Positions 9,427 through 19,067 of a stretch of DNA of 32,622 bases are shown here, piece after piece. Numbering within the stretch: the first letter of the stretch is position 1; every line of letters starts with the position of its first letter. Origin of the DNA: Promethearchaeia archaeon (lineage in GTDB: Archaea > Asgardarchaeota > Lokiarchaeia > Sigyniarchaeales > SOKP01); the NCBI GenBank assembly GCA_029856105.1, contig JAHQWH010000111.1, positions 1-32,622 on the forward strand, read 5' to 3'. The position numbers and the translations under genes are program-made. The notes beneath the pieces are model-generated. The model made no database searches, was not told the DNA's origin, and worked only from the letters and a program-made list of their open reading frames with translations.

Positions 9427-11139
9427 TTATAGAATTCCCATACTTCCCATCAATTTAGTAGCGTCTGGAATATCATATTTTATTTTTACATCAAGAATTG
9501 CTGGTTTACCCGAGTTTTTCGCCCTATCAAGTGCGGGTTTAAGTTCATTAGGATCAGTGACCACTTCTCCATAACAGCCAAAACCTTCAGCACATTTTGC
9601 ATAATCAAATTCTGGAAGGTCCACATCAATATAACGTTTGCCCATGAAAAGTTTTTGTCCAGATTTAATCATACCCCAAGCATTATTGTTTCCAATGACG
9701 TAAATTAGGTTTTTTAATCCCAATCTAACGGCTGTTTCTAAATCTTGGATATTAATCATAAAAGCTCCATCTCCAGATATTGTTACGACTTGTTTATCGG
9801 GTTTCGCTAATTTTGCACCAATACCATAAGGCACAGATACTCCAAGTTGCCCCATACCAACGGTTTGAAGCGTAGAAAGTGGCTCTCGTGATTTATAAAA
9901 ATCAACTTGTTCTATAGCATAACAAGCAATGTCTCCACCATCAATGATTAAAATAGCATCCTCATCAATCCATTCTAAAACATCTTTAATCATCCTTTTT
10001 GGAATAATTGGTATTTTATCTTTTGAAGATTTCTTAATCGAAGTTTCAATAGTCTTTTTTCTAATTTCGGTTAAATCTTCCAACCAATCTCGTTTTTCAA
10101 CTTTATTAGTCTTTTTAACCTCATCTAACATTTGTTTTAAAAATTGCTTACAATCTCCAACAATACCAAGAGATATAGGTTTAGCTCTTCCTATAATGGA
10201 AGGATCTATATCAACTTGTATCATTTTTTGCGAATTCTTCCAAAACGGCTCATCGCCATGTCCCATAGCATAGGAAAACCTACATCCAAGTGCTAAAATA
10301 ACATCGGATTCAGCTGCAGCTTTCAAACTCGGACCTGCAATTGAAGCCCCAATCAAGCATTTTGACTTATTAGATATTGTTCCAATTCCCATAATGGTTG
10401 TCATAACGGGGATATGTAAATATTCTGCAAATTCTTGTAATTCCTTCCAAGCTCCAGCCCGACTTACACCACCACCGGATATTATCAGTGGCTTTTCAGC
10501 TTTCGATAAGAGATCAAGAGATTTTTTAATAGATTCATTGCTAATTCCTGGTGGTTCAATTGCACGATAATTTTCAGCTTCAAGAATGAGCAATTCTTTT
10601 TCCTCAATTTCGCCTAAAAATGCATCTTCATAAATTTCTAACAACACTGGTCGAGGCCGTCCTCCTAAGGCTTCTCGAAAACATTTTTGTACTGCATCAG
10701 GGATTTTTTCAATATTAAGAACACTCTTTTGATATTTTGTTATGGGTGTAAACATAGTAACTTGATCAAGTCCCGACTGAAGACTAAAGGAATCTTGATA
10801 TTTCGATATTACTTGCGGAACAAGTGCAATTAGGGGGATATTATCACCCCAAGCAGCATTAACACCAGGAACTAAATCCACAGCTCCTGGACCTGCGGTT
10901 CCAAAACATACTCCAGGAGTGTTTGTAACCCTTGCGTAAGCATCAGCAGCATGAGCTGCAGCTTGTTCATGTCTAAATAATACAGTCTGAATGCCTTGCT
11001 CTTTGCCCCATTTATAAATAGCATCATACATATTTAAAAATTGTCCCCCGGGGATTCCAAACATGTATTTTACATTTTCTTTAAGCAAGCATTTAATTAA
11101 AACATCGCCACCATTCAAAATATTCTTACTTTCTTCCAA
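9427..11139 (-). CDS. Thiamine diphosphate-dependent enzyme (acetolactate synthase / 2-hydroxyacyl-CoA lyase family)
   Basis: MFGIPGG, RHEQAAAHAADAYAR, TAGPG, ThDP motif GDGAF...GNNNAWG. TTG start with AGGTG SD. Confidence 0.9.
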   Translation of the reverse strand: MEESKNILNGGDVLIKCLLKENVKYMFGIPGGQFLNMYDAIYKWGKEQGIQTVLFRHEQAAAHAADAYARVTNTPGVCFGTAGPGAVDLVPGVNAAWGDNIPLIALVPQVISKYQDSFSLQSGLDQVTMFTPITKYQKSVLNIEKIPDAVQKCFREALGGRPRPVLLEIYEDAFLGEIEEKELLILEAENYRAIEPPGISNESIKKSLDLLSKAEKPLIISGGGVSRAGAWKELQEFAEYLHIPVMTTIMGIGTISNKSKCLIGASIAGPSLKAAAESDVILALGCRFSYAMGHGDEPFWKNSQKMIQVDIDPSIIGRAKPISLGIVGDCKQFLKQMLDEVKKTNKVEKRDWLEDLTEIRKKTIETSIKKSSKDKIPIIPKRMIKDVLEWIDEDAILIIDGGDIACYAIEQVDFYKSREPLSTLQTVGMGQLGVSVPYGIGAKLAKPDKQVVTISGDGAFMINIQDLETAVRLGLKNLIYVIGNNNAWGMIKSGQKLFMGKRYIDVDLPEFDYAKCAEGFGCYGEVVTDPNELKPALDRAKNSGKPAILDVKIKYDIPDATKLMGSMGIL

Positions 11140-11229
11140 ATTTTTACACCTTTGTTCTAAATTATGTTATTGATTTTACTTTCTATTTTATTCCTTAAAT
11201 AATTATCTTAGATTAAAGTGTAGATGTAT

Positions 11230-12216
11230 TTAAATTTTAAAATCTGGAAGCGTAAGCAAGAATTCTCTTAGGAAATTTGGAATTTGTCGAAGTTGATTAT
11301 GGTTAATTCTCAGAACATCCAATGAGTTTAAGTTATTAATTTCCACAGGTATATCAGAAATTTTATTATGACTTATGTCTAAATACTTAAGATAAGTAAG
11401 TGATAAAATTGATTTTGGAAATACCTTAATATTATTTCTGCTTAAATTCAGTTTTTTAAGATTTGTGAGTAGCGCTAGAGAGTCGGGTAATTTGAGAATT
11501 ATATTGCTTTTAAGAGCAAGCTTTCCTAAGAAATTTAAATAAACCATGGGGTCTTGCAATTTAGAAATTGAGTTAAACATACTAGGGATTTCTTTCAAAT
11601 ATTTCCAATTGTAATAATTAAAACTCAAGGATTCGATGCGTTTATTCCTTATCGTAAGCCAATATTCTCCAAGTTTATTATCTTTTAATTTTTTGTAGAA
11701 TTGATAAGTTTTTAACTCGAGCTCATAATCAATTTCGTTTTGAGCAAAGATAGCTTCCAAATCTAATATAAATTTTGCTTCATTTTGAATTATACCAACG
11801 GATAACGCTATTTCTGCCAAATACGCATTTATTTCTTTACTTAACGACTCAAATCGGGCTTTATTAAGTCTGCTATTCAAATCAGAAATAACTTTTAGAA
11901 CCAGAGGAGATTTATCGTGCTGTACAACCCATCTTAGCGTGTTCAAACCTTTTTTTAAAAAAATTTGTCCAATAAAATTTGCAGCTGATTTCCTGACTAA
12001 TGGGCTTTCGTCGGATAATAGAGAATTTTCTAAAATTTTAAAGATTTTTTGGTCGTGAATTTTCAATTTCTCAGAAATATTTATTGACTCAGCACGAATT
12101 GTTGGGTTATCGCTTCCTTCGATTAATGAGATCAACTGCTCAGCAGCTATAGCCTTACTTACTTTCCCATTTGCCACGCTAGAATAAATTTTATCCGGCG
12201 ATAAGAAGTTTTTCAT
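11230..12216 (-). CDS. HEAT-repeat + leucine-rich-repeat protein
   Basis: N-terminal HEAT-like repeats (SDNPTIRAESI; SDESPLVRKSAA) and C-terminal LRRs (LTNLKKLNLSRNNI; LKYLDISHNKI; LDVLRINHNQL). Confidence 0.85.
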   Translation of the reverse strand: MKNFLSPDKIYSSVANGKVSKAIAAEQLISLIEGSDNPTIRAESINISEKLKIHDQKIFKILENSLLSDESPLVRKSAANFIGQIFLKKGLNTLRWVVQHDKSPLVLKVISDLNSRLNKARFESLSKEINAYLAEIALSVGIIQNEAKFILDLEAIFAQNEIDYELELKTYQFYKKLKDNKLGEYWLTIRNKRIESLSFNYYNWKYLKEIPSMFNSISKLQDPMVYLNFLGKLALKSNIILKLPDSLALLTNLKKLNLSRNNIKVFPKSILSLTYLKYLDISHNKISDIPVEINNLNSLDVLRINHNQLRQIPNFLREFLLTLPDFKI

Positions 12217-12416
12217 TTCTACTTGAAATTGAAAAAATCAATAGTTACCACTAAATTGTCTTAGAAATTTAAAAAATTTTCCTTATTAATTCAAAACAAC
12301 ATGTTTAGAGTTTAAGGTATAAAATTATTATCTAAATAAATTAAATTTATATAATTGGTAAAACATCTTCATACTCAGCATTTAATCTTTGTTAAATGTA
12401 AAAGGTTTGATAAAAA

Positions 12417-12854
12417 ATGAGCGAAAAAAAAAAGAAAGATTCGAATGAGCTATTAAATATTTTAATGATTTTGATGGGTCTTGCGTTCCTTTTCAAAGGT
12501 ATTATGGAAATCTTAGCCTGGGCAAACATTATTGCTCCTTCATGGTTATCTGATCCTAGTTTAGCTGCGGCTCTCACCTTTTTTGGAAGTCAAGGTTTAA
12601 TTTCAATAGTCTTGGGCTTCTGGTGTCTTGTAGCTGGAATTGGTATGTTCAGAGAGGAAGAATACGCAATGGGAATAGGGTTGGTTGTGCTTTCTATCAT
12701 GGCTGTACAAGGAGTCACCTCAATAATTGGATGGGCTTCTCATCCTGCAACATTTGATTTAACCTACTGGCCAAATTACATTCTGATTGTTGCTTTTATA
12801 GTAGGAGTACTTGGATTTTTCTGGTTACTTTTCACATATAAAAGATACGATTAA
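12417..12854 (+). CDS. Hypothetical membrane protein, about 4 TM helices
   Basis: Four hydrophobic segments, basic N-terminus, clean ORF followed by a T-rich tract. Confidence 0.8.
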   Translation: MSEKKKKDSNELLNILMILMGLAFLFKGIMEILAWANIIAPSWLSDPSLAAALTFFGSQGLISIVLGFWCLVAGIGMFREEEYAMGIGLVVLSIMAVQGVTSIIGWASHPATFDLTYWPNYILIVAFIVGVLGFFWLLFTYKRYD

Positions 12855-12910
12855 GTAATTAGGAGAAATTAAGAATAACTTTAATTAAATTTATTTTTTT
12901 ATTTATTTTT

Positions 12911-13873
12911 TTATAACAAACATAATCCAAACAATTGACTCTCAGAAAAAGTATCAATTGTAATATCTTTATGCTCTCTTAAAAATTGAACCAGGGGAAT
13001 TCCTTTTTCGAACAATTCATTAAATTTATCGTAAAAAATTTGGTTAATTTTTGCATTTCGAGAGATAAAGGAGCCAAACAATTTATTAGTTGGATCAAAA
13101 CTGGGTTGAATTAATTCATTATCAGTTAAACTAAAATTACTAAAAACTTCGTCAGTGACACGTACATCGATACTTTTAAAGTCTAAATCATAAGAATCAA
13201 TGTAATTTGAAAAAAGGTTAAATTCCTCGCTTGATAATAATTCTTTAATCAATTCGGTACTAAATACAACTTGAATATTGATATTTATTAGATTTTCTTT
13301 AATTTTATTCATCCCAGCTCTCATGGATTTATTTAAATCCTCTGGAATATTCGAAATTCCATATTTTTTTATAATTGAAGTTAAATCATTTCCATATCTT
13401 ATTCCTAAAGCAATTTTACATTCTTTTTCTGCCATAAATGAATGATATGTTTCATCGAAATTGTTTAGGTCGTAATTAATAAACTCTACGAATTCTTGAG
13501 TTATTTGTTCGACAAAATTATAATTTTTTATGAATTCTTTTAACGCGTTTTCCGCGTTCTCTTTTTTTTCCTGAAAAAGCTGTGATAACTCCTCAATACG
13601 ATCGTTTATAATTCTTTGCCAAATCGCCACAGGTGGAGTAGATAAATGTATTTTCATTGGTCTATCGTAAATTTGAACTAATCCTAAGTCGTTTAAAACG
13701 GCACAAATTTTATAGCCTCTTTTTAATGTAAGATTAAATTGCGTACTGACTTCCTTTAAATTGTCAATTTTCTGGTGTTGTAATAAATAGTGATAAACTT
13801 TTTCAATACCTTTTTCGATAAGTCCTATAGAATCAAATAAAGAGTTAAGAGACAAAAATTCACGTTCGACCAT
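12911..13873 (-). CDS. TrmB-like transcriptional regulator (wHTH, coiled coil, putative effector-binding domain)
   Basis: N-terminal IEKVYHYLL...LKEVSTQFNLTLKRGYKICAVLNDLGLV wHTH pattern, PP + helical linker, C-terminal FSLTD..LI...IFYDKFNELFEKGIPL typical of TrmB effector domains. Confidence 0.7.
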   Translation of the reverse strand: MVEREFLSLNSLFDSIGLIEKGIEKVYHYLLQHQKIDNLKEVSTQFNLTLKRGYKICAVLNDLGLVQIYDRPMKIHLSTPPVAIWQRIINDRIEELSQLFQEKKENAENALKEFIKNYNFVEQITQEFVEFINYDLNNFDETYHSFMAEKECKIALGIRYGNDLTSIIKKYGISNIPEDLNKSMRAGMNKIKENLININIQVVFSTELIKELLSSEEFNLFSNYIDSYDLDFKSIDVRVTDEVFSNFSLTDNELIQPSFDPTNKLFGSFISRNAKINQIFYDKFNELFEKGIPLVQFLREHKDITIDTFSESQLFGLCLL

Positions 13874-13881
13874 TTAATCAC

Positions 13882-14415
13882 CTATTCCCTATTTTCAATT
13901 CTTTCTAATGTAAGCTCTGTGAGAACTTCAAAGGTTTTGTCAACATTTTGACCTGATTTACTCGATATTTCGGCAAAAGAATCCATGTTATTTTTTTCAG
14001 CTACTTGAATTCCATACTCTCGAAGAATTTCACGTTGAGCGTCCCCTAAGTCGATCTTTGAGCCTACGAGCATGATTGGAATAGGGCCACTTTTTTGGCG
14101 AACGATATTGGTCCATTCAACAATATTGTCTAAGGTCTGAGATCTGGTAACATCATAAAGCAAAAATGCCGCATTAGCACCGAGACAATAAGTTGGTAAT
14201 AAAAATCTGAAGCGCTCTTCCCCTCCAACATCCCAAATCTGCAATTTTATCTTTTTACCATGTAAATCAATTGTCTTAACGTGAAAGTCTACGCCAATTG
14301 TTAGCCTTTCTGAGGGATTGAAGAGATTATAGCAAAATCGTTTAGTAAACGACGTTTTCCCGACTGACGCGTCGCCTAATAGCAAGATTTTGAAAGTAAA
14401 ATCGTATGATGGAAT
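13882..14415 (-). CDS. Rab-like small GTPase (Ras superfamily)
   Basis: G1 GDASVGKT, G2 TIGVDF, G3 WDVGG, G4 SKID, G5 SSK. Extended upstream of the track's TTG to include YDFTFKILLLG, with probable ATT start at 14415 after an AGGTG SD. Confidence 0.93.
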   Translation of the reverse strand: MPSYDFTFKILLLGDASVGKTSFTKRFCYNLFNPSERLTIGVDFHVKTIDLHGKKIKLQIWDVGGEERFRFLLPTYCLGANAAFLLYDVTRSQTLDNIVEWTNIVRQKSGPIPIMLVGSKIDLGDAQREILREYGIQVAEKNNMDSFAEISSKSGQNVDKTFEVLTELTLERIENRE

Positions 14416-14718
14416 TACATAACACCTTTTTTAGAAATTTTTTTAATACCTCAAGTTTGATAAATAAAATGATATATACTAAGATTTTATCGATATTATA
14501 AATTTTGAGTCTTAATACTAGATATATATATAATCAAAAATCTCTTTTTTAATTCTTTACTTTTTTATTAAATAAAATAAGTCTTAAACTAACAAAATTC
14601 AACAGTGAATTTTTAAATAAAAAAGTTAAAGGGCACCAAGACATTTAAAAATAAAAATAGATGTAATTCTAAGTTGTTTTTTTTATCTTCTTATTCACTA
14701 TTCTCTAATTTTATGCTC

Positions 14719-15264
14719 TTATTCAAATATTTCTTTCAAATTTTCGTAAATTATAGGATTTAACTCCTTATTTAAGTGGTTTTTTAATTCGTTAAAGATG
14801 ATTGGATTATTTTTATGTTTAGCCAAGAATTTTATCACGCTCCATCTTACGGAATCGTCAGGGTCGTCTAATAACGGGAGTAGGAACTTTAGATATCTTG
14901 TATCGTTGTTTTGTTTAATTTTCATTACGGCTCGAGCCCTAACGATGAAATCTGGGCTATATATTTGAGGTAATAAGTGAAATTCTACTGTGCCATTTTT
15001 TATAAAGCTTAAAATAAACTGAAACAAATCCTTTTTGAAACTGTTAGTTTGGTCTAAATCATTGATAATGTTTTGAATTGTAGCTTCTGGGACTTTATTT
15101 CCTAATTTTAAAAGGCTTTCAAAGGAAATAAAGAAATTTTCTGATATATCATATTTCAGATAATTTAAAAGCTTTTTAATAATTTTGTCGTTAACCTTTG
15201 AAACTTCTATGACATCCCAATTATTGATTTCTTTGTAGTCGTTATCATCCCCTAAATTTTTCAC
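14719..15264 (-). CDS. HEAT-repeat (PBS lyase-like) protein
   Basis: SPDFIVRARAV and LLPLLDDPDDSVRWSVIKFL repeats. GTG start. Confidence 0.8.
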   Translation of the reverse strand: MKNLGDDNDYKEINNWDVIEVSKVNDKIIKKLLNYLKYDISENFFISFESLLKLGNKVPEATIQNIINDLDQTNSFKKDLFQFILSFIKNGTVEFHLLPQIYSPDFIVRARAVMKIKQNNDTRYLKFLLPLLDDPDDSVRWSVIKFLAKHKNNPIIFNELKNHLNKELNPIIYENLKEIFE

Positions 15265-15485
15265 TGTATCAACTCGAATAAATTTTTACAAGATTATAAT
15301 AAAAAATTACACAACTACGTTTATATATTCTATTATTAAAACAGAAATAATCGACTTAATCTATAATAATTTTCTCGACAATTAATTTAAAGTCAAATTT
15401 AATTAATTAGTTAATATTGATAAAATGTTAGTCGAAGATTTGAAAGACAATCCAAAAAAGTTTAAAAAATTTGAAAAATAATGGT

Positions 15486-16352
15486 TTAATTTCTAATTAT
15501 GCCATCAATGTTGTTAAAAAAAACATCTTGTTTTTGATCATCGGAAATTGGCAAGCATAATATTTTATCAATTTCAAGTTTTATTGGATTAGTGACTGGC
15601 GCATCTGTTCCAAATAATACGCGTTTATGCCCTACCATTTTTATCAAACTTAATATTCCGTAAGGTATAGAACAGGAGGTTTCAAAAAATACGTTTTTGT
15701 ATTGTTTTAAGCTCAATCCAAGATCAATTGCAAACTCCATCGCCAATGCAGCATGTCCAATAATGATACGCAAATTTGGAAAATTTTTTGCTAATTTTGC
15801 TATATCTTTGCTACTTATCCCTCCAAAAGCAGAAAATTTTGGCGTAAAGTGAATAAATAACGGAAACTTTTTGTTATAATCTTGCATAAAAGTAACTAAT
15901 TTTATGATGTCTCTTGGAATCTTTATTAAATGAATGCCAGAATGAATCTTAACCCCACAAAAACCTAAGTCGAAATGATTTTCTAAGACTTTGTAATTGC
16001 TGTCCTCATCTTCAGGTTTGATTTTTGGGTTGAACCAGAAGAATTTATAAAATCTTTCTGGATCTTTGTTTGATACGTTAATAACATCTTGATGGTCCAA
16101 TTGACCTTCAGGCATTAACTTCCTTAAATTTTCAAACGCTTTCTTTACAACATTATCGTTAGAAGAGTTATTTTCATCATCGTTATTTTTGTTAGCATAG
16201 ATTTTTGAGCTTGCGGCTCTATTAACTGTAGTAATAATTGCTTTTTCGATGTTGTATTTATCCAGATAACTAATTAAATCTTCATTTTTAGGTAGAAATG
16301 TGCCATAGGTATGTAGATGAGCGTCAAAAATTTTAAAATTCTTACTTTCTAT
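15486..16352 (-). CDS. Amidohydrolase family protein (TIM barrel, Amidohydro_2-like)
   Basis: The frame stays open upstream of the track's ATG and contains the metal motif IFDAHLH. Also GVKIH, LFIH, IIGHA, VLFGTDAP. Probable ATA start at 16352 after AGGTGA. Confidence 0.88.
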   Translation of the reverse strand: MESKNFKIFDAHLHTYGTFLPKNEDLISYLDKYNIEKAIITTVNRAASSKIYANKNNDDENNSSNDNVVKKAFENLRKLMPEGQLDHQDVINVSNKDPERFYKFFWFNPKIKPEDEDSNYKVLENHFDLGFCGVKIHSGIHLIKIPRDIIKLVTFMQDYNKKFPLFIHFTPKFSAFGGISSKDIAKLAKNFPNLRIIIGHAALAMEFAIDLGLSLKQYKNVFFETSCSIPYGILSLIKMVGHKRVLFGTDAPVTNPIKLEIDKILCLPISDDQKQDVFFNNIDGIIRN

Positions 16353-16439
16353 ATCTTTTCACCTGTAATTTGAATTCAAATTCATTTTATTTTAAATTAA
16401 AAAATCATAAAAAAATATTAAAAATTTACATTTACATTG

Positions 16440-17699
16440 TTATTTTTCGAATTCTTTCGCTTTAACTATAGGGATCAGTACTAGTAACATTAAGAAAGCG
16501 GCTACAATGAAAATTAAAGGCGGTGGAATAAAACCAACTATTCCTTCAATTAATATAGGTATGCCGTATGTTTCAGAAATCACGCCCCCTATTAGCGGTC
16601 CAATCGTCATTCCAATTAAGACGTTAAATAGGATAAAATATCCCGAAAATTGTCCTCTCTTATCGTCTGGTAATAAATCTCTTACCCAAGTTTTTGAAGC
16701 TATATCCCAAGTGACCATCGCAAATACCCAAATTGCTGCTGTTATGGCAACGAATACAATGAGTTCAGAAAAGGCAAAAAGAAACAAAGATACAAACTCT
16801 AGAAAGACAGCTCCTATAGCTATTTTTTTCCTGCCAACCTTATCAACGATCTTTCCCACTGGATAGGCTGCGATAATCGAAATCAATAATGCTACGAAGA
16901 TTACAATTGATGCCAAAAAAATTTCAATGTGCAAAAAATGTTCAAGATAAATTAAAACGAATGGAAAGAAGACATTAAACGCAATACCCCACAACGCCGT
17001 ACCAAGTAAAATAAGGAAAAGATTCTTGTTCTTAGTAATTGCAGCTCGATTAAAGGTACTTTTAATAGTTCCCCAATAGCCCAAGGTTGATGGTCTTAAA
17101 TCTTCGGGCTCAGGAGCAAACAACGCACCAGGGATTCCAATTAACGCTACTAATCCACCTACAATATAGAAAAATACATAATATCCCACTGCTTCAATTA
17201 TGAATCCTGCAAATCCATATATTATTAATGTAGCAATAAGAAACATAATTTCCATTAGGGATGTGATTTTTCCTCGATTCTGAGTATTAGTAACATCGGT
17301 AACATATGCGTTTAATGCGGCATCGTTAGCCATAGCACCAAAGAACGTCATAATACTGTCAAAAAGTATTGCGATCGTGACAGCAAGTATAACGGGTCGA
17401 AAATAACCTGCTAATGGAAACATAGCAGTTGTAAGTGCCCACAATGAGTAGCCGATTAACATAAAAATTCTTCTTTTTCCCTTTACATCGCTTAGAGCTC
17501 CCATAAAAATTGCTGTTACCGTGGAAGCAACCGCGGTTATGGCAACTAATAAAGAAACATACATTGGCACGGGAGCGATTTCGTTATATAAGAAAAGATT
17601 AAAATACTGGTTTTCTACAGCCCAAGCAAGTTGGCCAGCAAAACTTAGAAGGATAATTGACCATTTTATCTTTGTAGATATTTTTTCAGTTTTAGACAA
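16440..17699 (-). CDS. MFS transporter (sugar-porter/GPH-like)
   Basis: About 12 TM helices, GALSDVKGKRR and GKIVDKVGRKK motif A, N-terminal GQLAWAVENQYFN. Confidence 0.9.
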   Translation of the reverse strand: MSKTEKISTKIKWSIILLSFAGQLAWAVENQYFNLFLYNEIAPVPMYVSLLVAITAVASTVTAIFMGALSDVKGKRRIFMLIGYSLWALTTAMFPLAGYFRPVILAVTIAILFDSIMTFFGAMANDAALNAYVTDVTNTQNRGKITSLMEIMFLIATLIIYGFAGFIIEAVGYYVFFYIVGGLVALIGIPGALFAPEPEDLRPSTLGYWGTIKSTFNRAAITKNKNLFLILLGTALWGIAFNVFFPFVLIYLEHFLHIEIFLASIVIFVALLISIIAAYPVGKIVDKVGRKKIAIGAVFLEFVSLFLFAFSELIVFVAITAAIWVFAMVTWDIASKTWVRDLLPDDKRGQFSGYFILFNVLIGMTIGPLIGGVISETYGIPILIEGIVGFIPPPLIFIVAAFLMLLVLIPIVKAKEFEK

Positions 17700-17782
17700 A
17701 AAAATCCTCTGATTTATTAATTTTTAAGAAAAAATTATGTTAATATTTTATTATTAAAATTGATTGTAAAAAAACTCTTTTA

Positions 17783-18943
17783 TTAATAATTTCCAAACTC
17801 GTTAGCAGCATCAAACATGGCTACAATATTCTGAGGAGGAACTTCGGCAGTTATATTATGGATGTTAGATGCAACAAAACCTCCACCGGGTTTGAAACAT
17901 TCGAAATTTCTTCTGACTTCTTCTCTAATCTGTTCTGGAGTTCCGAAGGGTAAGGTTTTTTGTGAGTTGCATAAGCCTCCCCAGAACGACATGATACTCC
18001 CAAATCTTTTTTTCAGAGAACAAGGTTCCATATCGTAAGCGCTTATTTGAACTGGATTAATGATATCGTATTCAATTTCGGCGAAGTGAGGGATAAATAA
18101 AGAAATTGAACCACATGAATGGTAGTTTATTTTGGCGTCTGTAATATCGTGAATTTTTTGTGATAACTTCCTTTCAATAGGTTTTATCATGTTCTCGTAA
18201 AGTTTTAAACTCATTATAGGACCTGCTTGTTCCGCAACGTCTCCGTTAATGCACACAACATCTAGACACTCTCCAACTTCAGTAAGGAAAGTTGTAGCAT
18301 AATCTGTCCAATACTTAAGTAATTCTTCCATAGTTGAGATTAGGATTTCTGGTTTAGTTTTTAAATATCTAAGCGTTTTTGTGAATCCAAATAAGAAGGT
18401 GCAGTATTCGTAAATGCAACCCACTGGAGGTGTTGATAAGGCAAACTCAGTGTCGTTGCGTAATTTCTTAGCGTATTCTTTCAAACCAATAAAAGGAGTC
18501 TTATCTAGCCCATCTGGCCAATCATAATTCTTCACATCACTTACCGATTTAAAATCTGCAAAAGGATGAATAACAGGATCGTAATATAATATATCGTCTA
18601 ATTCTTTTTTAGCGTTGTTCCCCCAAAACACACCAAACTGGTCATATAAGCCCACATATTTACCCTCGTATTGAGGTTCCATGTCTTGAACTCTAACCAT
18701 CCCCCCTAAAGGTTGAACATATCTTATATCAATGCTAAATCTTTCTAAGACTTTATCACATGGGCGTACGATTTGTTGAACGAAATCAGCGTATTGAACG
18801 TTCTCATCTTCAATTTCAAGGTAATCCAATAATTTTTTATACGCTTTAATATGAATACTTGATTGATTTCCTCCTAAATCAATCGGAACTTTATCGGGTT
18901 CTTTTCTATTTAAAGTTGTATTTACTCTTTCCCTTGAGTTCAT
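17783..18943 (-). CDS. Uroporphyrinogen decarboxylase / MtaA-CmuA methyltransferase family protein
   Basis: MNSRERV...EPDKVPIDLGG, YHSCG, NPVQISA, FWGG, GGGFV..HNI, PPQNIVAMFDA. Confidence 0.88.
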   Translation of the reverse strand: MNSRERVNTTLNRKEPDKVPIDLGGNQSSIHIKAYKKLLDYLEIEDENVQYADFVQQIVRPCDKVLERFSIDIRYVQPLGGMVRVQDMEPQYEGKYVGLYDQFGVFWGNNAKKELDDILYYDPVIHPFADFKSVSDVKNYDWPDGLDKTPFIGLKEYAKKLRNDTEFALSTPPVGCIYEYCTFLFGFTKTLRYLKTKPEILISTMEELLKYWTDYATTFLTEVGECLDVVCINGDVAEQAGPIMSLKLYENMIKPIERKLSQKIHDITDAKINYHSCGSISLFIPHFAEIEYDIINPVQISAYDMEPCSLKKRFGSIMSFWGGLCNSQKTLPFGTPEQIREEVRRNFECFKPGGGFVASNIHNITAEVPPQNIVAMFDAANEFGNY

Positions 18944-19067
18944 AGTTTATATCCTTTTGAATAATTGTTCGAAAATTAAAAGTATTGAGATATTTATATT
19001 AGATTTTGATTATTTTAAAATAACCTTGAATTCTTAATTATTAAACTTTTAAATATTAAATGATAAT

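Noticed and set aside
12911-12930. C-terminal ...GLCLL of the TrmB-like protein as a CAAX prenylation signal, together with the ICMT-like gene and the Rab
   Set aside because: The Cys is third from the end, not fourth. The Rab has no C-terminal Cys, the ICMT-like gene is about 8 kb away, and that family is widespread in prokaryotes.
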